Position numbers and translations under genes: made by a program
Notes under the pieces: model-generated
Seen by the model: the letters and a program-made list of their open reading frames with translations, nothing else
Database searches by the model: none
Told to the model about the DNA's origin: nothing
Part shown: in pieces, positions 55,172-64,000 of the stretch
Layout of the letters: every line of letters starts with the position of its first letter
How positions within the stretch are numbered: position 1 is the first letter of the stretch
Assembly (NCBI GenBank): GCA_023301565.1
Contig: JALZUO010000008.1
Span: forward strand, 37,045 to 101,044
Direction: 5' to 3'
Length of the DNA stretch: 64,000 nucleotides
Origin: Oligoflexales bacterium
Lineage (GTDB): Bacteria > Bdellovibrionota_B > Oligoflexia > Oligoflexales > JALZUQ01

Positions 55172-56935
55172 ATGCAAAATCACATAAACACCAAAGGTAG
55201 TACTAAAAACAACAAACTACGAGACGTCCGCATTGGCTACCAGCCAGGTAAAAGCTCGCACAACAATGTTATCCAATATCTTGAAGAACATTTGCATTCA
55301 TTCCCTGAGAGAGCTGCCTTGCGTTGGGTGGAGAGCAAAGACATTGGCTGTTTTGAGGGGGGGCTTGATGCTGAGTTTGAACACAAAGAGGTTACTTATA
55401 AAGAGTTTGCTACAGGAATCAATACAGTAGCAGCTGGTTTAAAAGAGCTTGGGATAGCGAAAGACGACCGAGTGATTATCTTTCTTCCCATGGGTGTCCC
55501 AATGTATAGTGCGATGTTCGCCGTACAAAAATTGGGTGCCATCGCGGTTTTTCTTGATTCATGGGCGCGTCGCAATCATTTAGGAGCAAGTGCTGATTGC
55601 GTTGATCCAAAGGCAATGATTAGCCATGACGCTGCTTTTAAGCTTGTGGATACTGTCCCGGAGTTTTCAAACATGAAGCTTCGCATTTTAGCTGGGCCCG
55701 GTGAAGGTAAATACGACGCGCACCTTGAACAGTTGTTTCAAGCACGTGGCGAGGTTGATATCGAGCCTGTAGAGTCTGAAGACACAGCTTTGATTACATT
55801 CACTACCGGTAGTTCCGGCACGCCCAAAGGGGCAAACCGTACGCACCGGTTCTTGTCGGCGCAGCACGAGGCTCTGTCAGAGGTTGTTCCTTACACGGCC
55901 GGCGACCTAGATATGCCAGCTTTTCCAATTTTTTCTCTAAACAATTTAGCGTCAGGAGTGAGCACGCTTCTTCCAGCTATCAATCTGGCGGCACCCTCTG
56001 GCCACGATGCAGCGGCTATGGTCAATCAAATCATCCATCAGAGGGTTAGCTGCGCAACCTTGTCTCCCGCAATGTTAAACGGTGTATCAGCGTATTGCTT
56101 GCAAAACGCCATTAAGCTCCCAGGCCTGAGGCGTGTCGTAACCGGGGGGGCTCCGATTAGCAGGGACAACGTACGTGACTTTAAATCGATTGCCCCAGAG
56201 TCTGAAGTATGGGTTCTTTACGGTTCAACCGAGGTAGAGCCAATGGCACATATTGAAGCCATAGAAATGTTGGCACAAAAAGGGGATGTTGACCCAGAGG
56301 TCGTAGAAGACGGTGTCAACGTTGGGCATATTAGTGAAGATCTAGAGTATAAATTCATTAAAATTGTCAAAGGCCCGGTGGAAGTCGGTGCAGGTGGGTG
56401 GTCTGACTTAGAGGTTGAGCCCGGTAAAGTGGGTGAGTTCATTGTAACGGGGAACCATGTTTGTCGAGACTATTACAATAATCCAGGAGCATTTAAAAAA
56501 GCAAAAATCATGGGTCCCGGTGGCAAGGTTTGGCATCGCACCGGAGATTTAGCCAAAAAAGGTTCTGATGGTTACCTCTGGATCGTGGGCCGTATACATA
56601 ATGCCATTGATCGAAGCGGTGAATATTTCTTTCCGGTTAGAGCTGAGATTCTCCTAAAAAGACTAGACTTCGTTAAACAAGGTGCTTTTTTGGGGATAAG
56701 CTGCAGCAGTAAGGGTGAAGCCAATGGTGTGGCAATTGCACTAAACGATCAAAGTGTAGATAAAGCCAAAGTGTTGCGTGAAACAGAAAGAGTTTTTGCC
56801 AAAAACAAAATCCCTGTAGATCACCTGTATATAGTCGATGAGATACCGATGGACCCACGGCACCACAGCAAAGTCGAATACGCTGTTTTGCGCGGCAGTA
56901 TTTTGGACAAAAAACTGCCAAATTTAAAAGTGTAG
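55172..56935 (+). CDS. AMP-dependent synthetase/ligase (fatty acyl-AMP/CoA ligase-like)
   Basis: It has the TFTTGSSGTPKGA AMP-binding motif, YGSTE, and GDLAKKGSDGYLWIVGR. Confidence 0.88.
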   Translation: MQNHINTKGSTKNNKLRDVRIGYQPGKSSHNNVIQYLEEHLHSFPERAALRWVESKDIGCFEGGLDAEFEHKEVTYKEFATGINTVAAGLKELGIAKDDRVIIFLPMGVPMYSAMFAVQKLGAIAVFLDSWARRNHLGASADCVDPKAMISHDAAFKLVDTVPEFSNMKLRILAGPGEGKYDAHLEQLFQARGEVDIEPVESEDTALITFTTGSSGTPKGANRTHRFLSAQHEALSEVVPYTAGDLDMPAFPIFSLNNLASGVSTLLPAINLAAPSGHDAAAMVNQIIHQRVSCATLSPAMLNGVSAYCLQNAIKLPGLRRVVTGGAPISRDNVRDFKSIAPESEVWVLYGSTEVEPMAHIEAIEMLAQKGDVDPEVVEDGVNVGHISEDLEYKFIKIVKGPVEVGAGGWSDLEVEPGKVGEFIVTGNHVCRDYYNNPGAFKKAKIMGPGGKVWHRTGDLAKKGSDGYLWIVGRIHNAIDRSGEYFFPVRAEILLKRLDFVKQGAFLGISCSSKGEANGVAIALNDQSVDKAKVLRETERVFAKNKIPVDHLYIVDEIPMDPRHHSKVEYAVLRGSILDKKLPNLKV

Positions 56936-56936
56936 A

Positions 56937-57848
56937 ATGGGTTCTGTAAGCAATTGGCTTCAATTTGCAAAAGAACGATTTCCTCTTGTGGAACACGGCG
57001 TAATGCTCGGATTTTTTACGCTTGGAAATTTTATGGTGGCTTTGAATTTTTCTGGTGTTGACCCTGCCGGAGTATTTTTAGAAGGCTTTGTTCTTTTTAT
57101 CGTTACTTTTTTGTTTTTCTTTCGGCTTCGCTGTTTTGATGAAGTGAAGGACTATGAGGTAGATCTGGAACAAAACCCGACACGGCCACTTGCACGTGGT
57201 TTGCTTAGCGTATATGCGGCAAAGAAAATGATTTTTCTGCTAGCAGGTGTTGAGTCGTTTTTGATGTTCTGGTTCTTTTTTGACAGTTTTTTTGTCTATG
57301 CTTTGGCATTGGTTTATAGCTTTTTAATGTACAAAGAATTTTTTGTGGGTGATTTGCTGCGGCCGCAGCTTACCTTGTATGCGGTTTTTCATACATTTGT
57401 CTCGGTGATGGTTGGTCTTTTTATTGTTGCAGGTGCCTTGGGCTATAGCTTTAGTGAGCTTCCCGTGGGTCTCGTAGTTTTTTCGTTGACCAACTGGGCT
57501 TTGTTTAATTTGTTTGAGTTTGCAAGAAAGACTTTTAGTCCTTTAGAAGAAAGGGCAGGCGTGGATACTTACTCCTCTTTATTTGGGCCCAAGGGTGCGG
57601 CTGCATTAAGCTTGAGTCAGGTCGTGTTTGGGTGTTTTGTCTTGGCTCAGAGTCAAACTAGCGTGCTTTGCTACCCTTGGAGCCAATATATTCTTGCGTT
57701 GCTGCCTGTTAGCGCTGGGGTTTGCTATGCGCTAGCACCGAACAGGTACGCCAAGTTGTTCCGTACTGGTACGGGTGCATACCTGGTTCTTTTTTATCTG
57801 GTTTTAAGCGTACAAGCTTATATAAGTATTTTAGCAAATAGAGGCTAG
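56937..57848 (+). CDS. UbiA-superfamily-like polytopic membrane (prenyl)transferase
   Basis: It has about 8-9 hydrophobic helices and an Asp/Glu-rich loop after helix 2 (FRLRCFDEVKDYEVDLEQNPTRPLARG), resembling the first UbiA motif with atypical spacing. Confidence 0.55.
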   Translation: MGSVSNWLQFAKERFPLVEHGVMLGFFTLGNFMVALNFSGVDPAGVFLEGFVLFIVTFLFFFRLRCFDEVKDYEVDLEQNPTRPLARGLLSVYAAKKMIFLLAGVESFLMFWFFFDSFFVYALALVYSFLMYKEFFVGDLLRPQLTLYAVFHTFVSVMVGLFIVAGALGYSFSELPVGLVVFSLTNWALFNLFEFARKTFSPLEERAGVDTYSSLFGPKGAAALSLSQVVFGCFVLAQSQTSVLCYPWSQYILALLPVSAGVCYALAPNRYAKLFRTGTGAYLVLFYLVLSVQAYISILANRG

Positions 57849-57859
57849 GGGCAAATAAT

Positions 57860-60568
57860 ATGTTGGTTCAAAAAACTTCGACGCGGTATTTTGCCAAAAA
57901 AGAAGCTGGCGGAAAAGGTTTTAACCTTTACCGGTTGACGAACGCAGGCGTTTCGGTCCCTGCTTGGGAGGTTCTTGGTAAACGTTACTTTGAGCGATTT
58001 CTAGAGTCTAACAAGCTAACAGAAAAGATAGATGACTACGTTGCGGCCCTTGAAGCAAAAAAGATGACTGCCAGAGAGTGCTCTGCTGCTGTTTCCTCTT
58101 TAATTGTAAATGGAAATATAGATCACGAGACAGCCGGGTTTATTCGGCAGTCTTATGCCGGCCTTTGTAAGGAAGAGTCTGTGCAAATGATTTCAGTGCG
58201 TTCATCAGCAGCAGATGAAGATGGCGGGTCGCACTCGTTTGCAGGGCAGCTTTCTAGCTACCTCTATGTTTCTAGTGCAGAGGATGCCATCGAACGCGTC
58301 AAGCAATGTTGGGCCTCAGGCTTTACAGAGCGCGGGATAGCGTACCGGGTTCAGAACAGCCTTGATTTGAAAAGTATACGGGTAGCTGTTGTTCTTCAGG
58401 CAATGATTGACCCTGAAAAATCGGGGGTCGGTTTTTCTGTGGACCCTACCGTAGCTGGAAGCCAGGAGATGCTTGTAAGCTCCGTATACGGGGTAGGCGA
58501 AGGGATTGTTTCAGGCGAGCTCGATGGAGACAGCTACTGGATCTCAAAAGATACGCTTTCTTGTAGAAAAGAACATATAGTCACTAAAGAACACAAGTTT
58601 ATAAAGGCAAGCTCTGGGGATTGTAAGCAAGAACTTGTGCCGGTTGAGTTGCAGTCGGTTTCCTCTTTGAGCTCGGACGAGCTTGCTCAGGTAGCATCCA
58701 CTCTTAAAAATATCGAACAGCTGTATAGGTACCCGCAAGACGTAGAGTGGGCCATACGAAACGCTAAACTCTATATTCTGCAAACACGGCCCATTACTAC
58801 TATAAAAGAAAACCAAACAGGCTATCTGAATCTTTGGGATAACTCTAATATTGTAGAAAGCTATGGTGGGCTCACCTCCCCGTTGTCTTTTACCTTTGCC
58901 CTAAAAAATTACAAGAACGTATACATACAGTTTTGTGAGATTCTTTCCGTGCCTTCAAAGCTGGTCAAAGAGATGGAATCCTATTTGGGCTTTATGCTTG
59001 GAAGTTTCAATGGTCGGGTTTTTTATAACCTTTATAACTGGTACAAGCTGGTTGGGGTTCTGCCTGGGTTCAAGCAAAACAAGCAGTTTATGGAAACCAT
59101 GATGGGTGTCGGTCAAGAGCTTTCTCCCGAGGTTACAAAACGCGTAAGCCCACACCCGTCTTGGGACACAGTCTGGGGTAAGTTTCGTAAATTTAAAACC
59201 GGCGTTGCCTTTGTTTATTACCACTTTTTTATCCAAAGTATTGTAGACAGGTTTTTAAGAGATTTTCGGGTAGAGTATGACAAGTTTCGCAAACTAAACT
59301 ACGAGACGATGTCTAGCGATGAAATTTTTGCTAAATACCTAGAGATGGACCGGGTAATGCTTTTGCGCTGGAAAGCTCCTATCATCAATGACTTTCTTTG
59401 TATGGTGCACTTTGGAATGCTCAAAAAGTTAACCAACAAGTGGCTTGGCCGCCTCGATACAAATATTCAAAATGATCTACTTGCAGGTGAGGGTAACCTG
59501 GAAAGTGCAGAGCCTACCAAAACAATGATCCGCATGGCCGGAGAGATCACGGCTAACCCAGAACTTGAAAAGATTTTTGCAAGCGAGCCTGCAGGAGATC
59601 TTTATGAAGTTTTAAGTCAGTCGCAGCACACGGATTTTTTTGCGCAAGTAGAAGGGTATTTAGATCGATTTGGCTTTCGCTGTATGAACGAGATGAAGCT
59701 TGAAGAGTTTGATTTGAGTTCTGATCCTAAGTTTTTGTTTGTCTGCATCAAGAATTTTTTGAAGGCAGGTATCACCGATCTTGAAGAGTACGAACAGCGA
59801 GAAAAAAAACTACGTAAAAAAGCTGAAATTGCCATCGGCAAAGAACTACGAGGCTGGAAAAGCTGGGTCTATAAATTTAGCCTAAAACATGCGAGAAAAG
59901 CTGTTAAAAACAGAGAAAACACAAGGTTTAGCCGCACGCGTGCTTATGGCGTCGCAAGGTCAATGTTTAGAAACATGGGAGCGAAGTTTGCACAAATGGG
60001 AGCTCTCGATGATGGCGAAGATATTTTTTATCTAGAGCTTGGTGAGATCGTAGGCGTGCACAACGGTACTTTGACCTGCCAAAACCTAAAGGCTCTAGCG
60101 GAGCTTCGAAAACGTGAATATAGAAGCTATGAAGACTTAGAGCCGAAAATACGTTTTCAAACCCGTGGTCCTGTCTATTGGAGAAACCAATACCTCGATG
60201 TGCCAGAGGTTCCGAAGATGGAAGAGGGTGCCGATTATGATTTGAAGGGGCTTGCATGTTGTCCTGGTGTTGTCGAAGGGACAGTGAAAGTGGTGCACTC
60301 GCCGGCAGATGACATGAGTATGAATGGTGAAATTCTTGTCGCAAAAAGAACCGACCCAGGCTGGGTGCCCTTGTTCCCAAGCGCTTCGGCGCTTTTAGTT
60401 GAGCGTGGTAGTCTACTGTCTCATTCGGCTATTGTTGCACGGGAGATGGGGATACCAGCTGTAGTTGGAATTGCTGGTCTATTGACTACACTGAAATCGG
60501 GAATGAGGGTTCGTATGGATGGTACGGCCGGTACAGTGAAGATTTTGGAGCAAGGACCTAATGACTAA
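57860..60568 (+). CDS. PEP-utilising enzyme: PPDK_N ATP-grasp domain + long central domain + C-terminal swivelling His domain (rifampicin-phosphotransferase-like architecture)
   Basis: The N-terminus reads AGGKGFNLYRLTNAGVSVPAWEVL...QDVEWA...LYILQTRPIT. The C-terminus reads GEILVAKRTDPGWVPLF...ERGSLLSHSAIVAREMGIPAVVG. There is no PEP-binding TIM-barrel domain. Confidence 0.8.
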   Translation: MLVQKTSTRYFAKKEAGGKGFNLYRLTNAGVSVPAWEVLGKRYFERFLESNKLTEKIDDYVAALEAKKMTARECSAAVSSLIVNGNIDHETAGFIRQSYAGLCKEESVQMISVRSSAADEDGGSHSFAGQLSSYLYVSSAEDAIERVKQCWASGFTERGIAYRVQNSLDLKSIRVAVVLQAMIDPEKSGVGFSVDPTVAGSQEMLVSSVYGVGEGIVSGELDGDSYWISKDTLSCRKEHIVTKEHKFIKASSGDCKQELVPVELQSVSSLSSDELAQVASTLKNIEQLYRYPQDVEWAIRNAKLYILQTRPITTIKENQTGYLNLWDNSNIVESYGGLTSPLSFTFALKNYKNVYIQFCEILSVPSKLVKEMESYLGFMLGSFNGRVFYNLYNWYKLVGVLPGFKQNKQFMETMMGVGQELSPEVTKRVSPHPSWDTVWGKFRKFKTGVAFVYYHFFIQSIVDRFLRDFRVEYDKFRKLNYETMSSDEIFAKYLEMDRVMLLRWKAPIINDFLCMVHFGMLKKLTNKWLGRLDTNIQNDLLAGEGNLESAEPTKTMIRMAGEITANPELEKIFASEPAGDLYEVLSQSQHTDFFAQVEGYLDRFGFRCMNEMKLEEFDLSSDPKFLFVCIKNFLKAGITDLEEYEQREKKLRKKAEIAIGKELRGWKSWVYKFSLKHARKAVKNRENTRFSRTRAYGVARSMFRNMGAKFAQMGALDDGEDIFYLELGEIVGVHNGTLTCQNLKALAELRKREYRSYEDLEPKIRFQTRGPVYWRNQYLDVPEVPKMEEGADYDLKGLACCPGVVEGTVKVVHSPADDMSMNGEILVAKRTDPGWVPLFPSASALLVERGSLLSHSAIVAREMGIPAVVGIAGLLTTLKSGMRVRMDGTAGTVKILEQGPND

Positions 60569-61916
60569 GAGTTTCTGTTACAGCTTTCTTTTTGTTTTAC
60601 TATTTTTCGTGTCAACAGTTTGCAGCATATGTGGTGCAAAAAACATCGATGACTACTCTCGAAAAGTACAGAAGAGAAAAAAAGCAAAGATTAGGCTAGT
60701 TTCTCAAGACGAAGCAGAAACAGGCGAGAGTGCATGGGAGTGGAATGGTAAGGTTTTTTTATCCGGCCGCTATTTTCCACGTGAAGACACTCCCTTTTTA
60801 GCTGTTGAAAAGAAAGAGTCCTGGAACCTGGCAGTGACGGCTGCTCCAGAAATAAAGTATAGCCACAGTAAATTAACCTTTAAGCTAGCTCCTTTTGCTC
60901 GCTTTGATGCAGTAGATAGCGAAAGGTCTGATTTTGATTTTCGGCAAGCTTATGCCTCCTACAGTCTGAAGAAAACAGATATCAAGATTGGCTTCGATGT
61001 AGAAAACTGGAGCGTTCTTGAGTTTGGCCGTGTGGTGAATATTATAAACCAGCAGGATATCAAAGAGTCCTTGTTTTTAGATAGCTACCTTGGTCAACTT
61101 ATGTTTTCTGTGCAGAGCCATCAAAGGTTTGGGAGTTTTCATTTATATTTGATGCCTACCTTTAGGCCTATGTTTTTCTTCCCACCAGAATCAAGGCTCT
61201 CGTTTGGGCCAAGTTTTGAGGAGGTTTCAGCCGACCCCTTGTTGGGATCTAGGTCTGACTCTCACCTAGACGTTCTTTTGCGTTATAGTCATTCGTTTGG
61301 TCCGGTTGACCTCGGGGCCTACGGCTTTTATGGGACTAGCCGTACCCCAGACCTGGAGCTTAGTTCTCAGGGTGGTTCAGCTTTAGGATCTGCCTTACCT
61401 TTCTTTTTGCAATCTTACCCAACAGTTACTCAGTTTGGGCTGGATCTTCAGGCAAGTGTTGGTGGTTTTCTACAAAAAATAGAAGCAACGTTTAGGGTCT
61501 GGGATGACAAAGAGCAGGTTAACCTTGGGGTAGGGGCAGAATACAGTTTCTCTTCTATCTTTGGCTCTAGCATGGACCTTGGGCTGTTCTCGGAGTTTTA
61601 TTATAGCAACCTAGAAAACAAACAAAGTGGCTCTAGGGCAGGGGTTACGGTCTTTGCTCCGTTGCAGCGCGACATTTACGGAGGTGTACGCCTTTCCTAT
61701 GTTGGGCAGACTACACTCAGCCTTGTTCTTGCGGTTTCTCGGGATTTACAGCACCAGACGGACTCTTTGGCTTTGAAGGGTGAGTATAAGTTTGCAAGTA
61801 ACTGGGGTTTTGGCATTGAAGGATGGGGGCTTACCCGGGTGAGCGCAAAAGATGCGCTGCTGTTTCCTTTTAGGCATGATAGATTCTTAAGTATGACGGC
61901 GGACTACTACTTTTAG
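60561..61916 (+). CDS. Outer-membrane beta-barrel protein (hypothetical)
   Basis: It has a signal peptide, alternating strand pattern and the terminal beta-signal ...MTADYYF. It overlaps the previous gene by 8 nt. Confidence 0.7.
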   Translation: MTKSFCYSFLFVLLFFVSTVCSICGAKNIDDYSRKVQKRKKAKIRLVSQDEAETGESAWEWNGKVFLSGRYFPREDTPFLAVEKKESWNLAVTAAPEIKYSHSKLTFKLAPFARFDAVDSERSDFDFRQAYASYSLKKTDIKIGFDVENWSVLEFGRVVNIINQQDIKESLFLDSYLGQLMFSVQSHQRFGSFHLYLMPTFRPMFFFPPESRLSFGPSFEEVSADPLLGSRSDSHLDVLLRYSHSFGPVDLGAYGFYGTSRTPDLELSSQGGSALGSALPFFLQSYPTVTQFGLDLQASVGGFLQKIEATFRVWDDKEQVNLGVGAEYSFSSIFGSSMDLGLFSEFYYSNLENKQSGSRAGVTVFAPLQRDIYGGVRLSYVGQTTLSLVLAVSRDLQHQTDSLALKGEYKFASNWGFGIEGWGLTRVSAKDALLFPFRHDRFLSMTADYYF

Positions 61917-61959
61917 TTCTCCTCTGTTTGTTTATCTGCTGGTTTGAGGGGTACCTGTA

Positions 61960-64000
61960 GTGGTTGGTTTCGTTAAAAAATTATTGCAATCGCCTCGAAG
62001 AGGCGTGATCTGCTTTTTGTTAGCGTTATGTGCTCTAGTTGTTTGTAGCGGCGTGACCCGGCTAGGGTTTGATAATGATCCAAGGGTCTATTTTTCGAAA
62101 GACAACCCAGACCTCGTTGCTTTTGAAGATTTCGAAGAGACCTATAAGCGCGACGACACGATTTTTTTTGTCGTTCAATCAAAAAGCGGTAGCATTTTTA
62201 AAATAGAAAATCTTCGAGCTATTTGGGAGCTTACAGATAAAGCTTGGGGTATGGAAAATGCCGAACGCGTAGACTCGCTTGTTAACTTTATGCAGGTTAG
62301 CACTGTCGGTGAAGACCTTCGCATTGAAGAGCTATTGCTTGAGCCAGAACTTTTGTCGCAAGAAAAACTCAGCGATATCAAGTCCTATGCGACAAACCAC
62401 CCTAGTATAATTGGACGCCTTGTTTCTACAGACAGCGCGACAACCTTACTAAAAGTAACCATGCTTGAGCCAGAAGGCGGTGAGCAGGTCCTGCGTTGCT
62501 ACAAAGAAGCCGATGTCCTTGCTAAAATGATGGAGAAAAAATACCCGGATCTAAAGATTGGCATCACAGGTACTTATGCCATAGCCAACACCTTTCATAT
62601 GGCAGGAGTTAAAGACGCCACATCTCTTTTTCCGTTGATGTTTGGGGTGATGTTTTTGATCACCTGGATGATTTTACGCAGTCTTATGGCTACGGTGATT
62701 GTGAATATAGTTCTCGTTTTAAGTTCGGTTACCGCGCTTGGCGTATTTGGCTGGCTTGGTTTTCCACTTAATTCAACCACTGCATCGGCTCCTATCGTGA
62801 TTCTTGTAATTGCCGTAGCGGACTCTATCCACATGTTTAGAGGGGTTCAGCGCTACGCAGGTCAGGGTAGCTCCTTGTATGATGCCGTAGTGCTTAGCTT
62901 GGAAAAGAATTTTTTGCCTATTTTCGTGACCAGTTTAACCACGATTTTTGGCTTTTTGAGTCTTGGTTTTAGTGAGGTCCCGCCCTTTAGAGAGCTTGGC
63001 TACTTAAGTGCTATCGGTGTTGCGGCTGCGTTTTTGTATTCAGTTGTGTTGCTCCCTCTTTTGACGGTTTGCTTCGGGGTGAAGTTATCAAACCATAAAG
63101 AGTTCAAATGGATTGCTGGACTACTAAACTTCTCGACGTCCCTATCAAGGTCTTATTTTCGCCAGGTTACTTTAGTTACTCTTGTAATAACTGCTCTTGC
63201 ACTCTACGGGATATCAGGTCTTCGAATTGGTGATAAAAACAGCGATTTTTTTGGTATGGAGTTTCCGTTTCGGCAAGCAGTAGAAATGCAAGAAAAAGCA
63301 TTCAAAGCTGGTCATGAGATTGAATTCAGCTTGGATGCACGGGAAGAGTCAGGGGTTTTCTCTCCGGCTTTTCTAGAGGATATGGAGCGCTTTCAAAGCA
63401 TGCTTGCAACGCACTCGATTGTCAGCCATACAGAATCCATCGTCACGGTACTTAAAGAGCTGCGTATGAATATGAATGGTGGGGACCCTGCTAGCTACGC
63501 GCTGCCAGCAAGCTCAGAAGAAGCCGCGCAGCTAATGCTTTTATATGAAACATCTCTGCCGCAAGGACGTGACCTGAACCTTCAGCTTAGCTCTGATCGG
63601 TCAAAAACCAGGGTCTCTGTAGTTGTCGATAATGTTTATACGGACGAACTTATAAGTTTGATTGGCCACTCTGAAAAATGGTTTTTGGTGGAAGCAAAGC
63701 ATGCCAGACTCGACGCCTCTACGGGGCAGTCTGTGCTTTGGTCAAAGCTCTACGAGCGTAACACTGTAGCAATGCTTAGAAGTATTTTAGTTGCGCTTTT
63801 AAGTATTACAATCACCCTGATCATTGTTATGCGCTCTTTTAGGCTCGGTCTTTTGAGCTTAATTCCTAACATCTCTCCTATCATTTTCACCTTTGGTGTG
63901 TGGTGCCTTCTCTATGACAAGATTGGAATCATCGCCTCCGCTGTCGTGGCTATGATGCTTGGGATCATAGTCGATGACACCGTCCATTTACTTGTGCAGT
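61960..64000 (+). CDS. RND-superfamily MMPL/HpnN-like exporter (partial, continues past window end)
   Basis: The frame is open from GTG 61960 to base 64000 and is not in the ORF track because no stop is reached. TM block 1 carries VILVIAVADSIHMF, a large periplasmic loop follows, and TM block 2 ends GIIVDDTVHLLVQ. This layout is typical of COG1033-type exporters. Confidence 0.85.
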   Translation, partial: MVGFVKKLLQSPRRGVICFLLALCALVVCSGVTRLGFDNDPRVYFSKDNPDLVAFEDFEETYKRDDTIFFVVQSKSGSIFKIENLRAIWELTDKAWGMENAERVDSLVNFMQVSTVGEDLRIEELLLEPELLSQEKLSDIKSYATNHPSIIGRLVSTDSATTLLKVTMLEPEGGEQVLRCYKEADVLAKMMEKKYPDLKIGITGTYAIANTFHMAGVKDATSLFPLMFGVMFLITWMILRSLMATVIVNIVLVLSSVTALGVFGWLGFPLNSTTASAPIVILVIAVADSIHMFRGVQRYAGQGSSLYDAVVLSLEKNFLPIFVTSLTTIFGFLSLGFSEVPPFRELGYLSAIGVAAAFLYSVVLLPLLTVCFGVKLSNHKEFKWIAGLLNFSTSLSRSYFRQVTLVTLVITALALYGISGLRIGDKNSDFFGMEFPFRQAVEMQEKAFKAGHEIEFSLDAREESGVFSPAFLEDMERFQSMLATHSIVSHTESIVTVLKELRMNMNGGDPASYALPASSEEAAQLMLLYETSLPQGRDLNLQLSSDRSKTRVSVVVDNVYTDELISLIGHSEKWFLVEAKHARLDASTGQSVLWSKLYERNTVAMLRSILVALLSITITLIIVMRSFRLGLLSLIPNISPIIFTFGVWCLLYDKIGIIASAVVAMMLGIIVDDTVHLLVQ

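Noticed and set aside
1-64000. Search for CRISPR arrays, transposases, integrases, phage genes, toxin-antitoxin pairs, reverse transcriptases and restriction-modification genes
   Set aside because: No spaced direct-repeat arrays and no ORFs with the corresponding motifs were seen. The window reads as core chromosome with envelope and lipid accessory operons rather than a mobile or defence island.

Overview
This is a 64-kb chromosomal segment from a diderm (Gram-negative) bacterium. The gene content (tolQRAB, many predicted lipoproteins and beta-barrel OMPs, many family-less ORFs) resembles Bdellovibrionota/Oligoflexia-type genomes, but the taxon cannot be verified here. I found no rRNA, tRNA, CRISPR array, transposase, integrase or phage gene. 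Recognisable genes include a disrupted giant Ig-like/FN3 adhesin (1-3363, minus), tolQ-tolR-tolA-tolB (6182-9909, minus), a DsbA-like oxidoreductase, an EVE-domain protein, gltA, polA and tatC. Further on are an FMN glutamate-synthase-like protein, arsC, an ECF-like sigma factor with GT25, GT4 and galE (LOS/LPS-type genes), and a YkgJ-like protein. There are also an acyl-CoA dehydrogenase, a deaminase, a YbiT-like ABC-F ATPase, a DASS transporter, an orphan GspF-like protein and an S41 peptidase. Two regions are the best candidates for undescribed systems. (1) 10.06-21.4 kb is a translationally coupled five-gene operon of Cys-rich predicted lipoproteins. It includes a 1518-aa polytopic protein, shows no family motif I can recognise, lies divergent from the tol operon and is followed by a DsbA-like gene. 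(2) 48.2-64.0 kb is an 11-gene divergon. The minus operon is DAG-kinase-like, SDR, acyl-ACP-reductase-like fusion, DUF3419/BtaA-like. The plus operon is formyltransferase-like, alpha/beta hydrolase, acyl-AMP ligase, UbiA-like, rifampicin-phosphotransferase-architecture PEP-utilising enzyme, OMP, MMPL/RND exporter. This looks like synthesis and export of an unknown envelope lipid. All functional calls come from reading the translated ORFs for motifs; no database search was possible.
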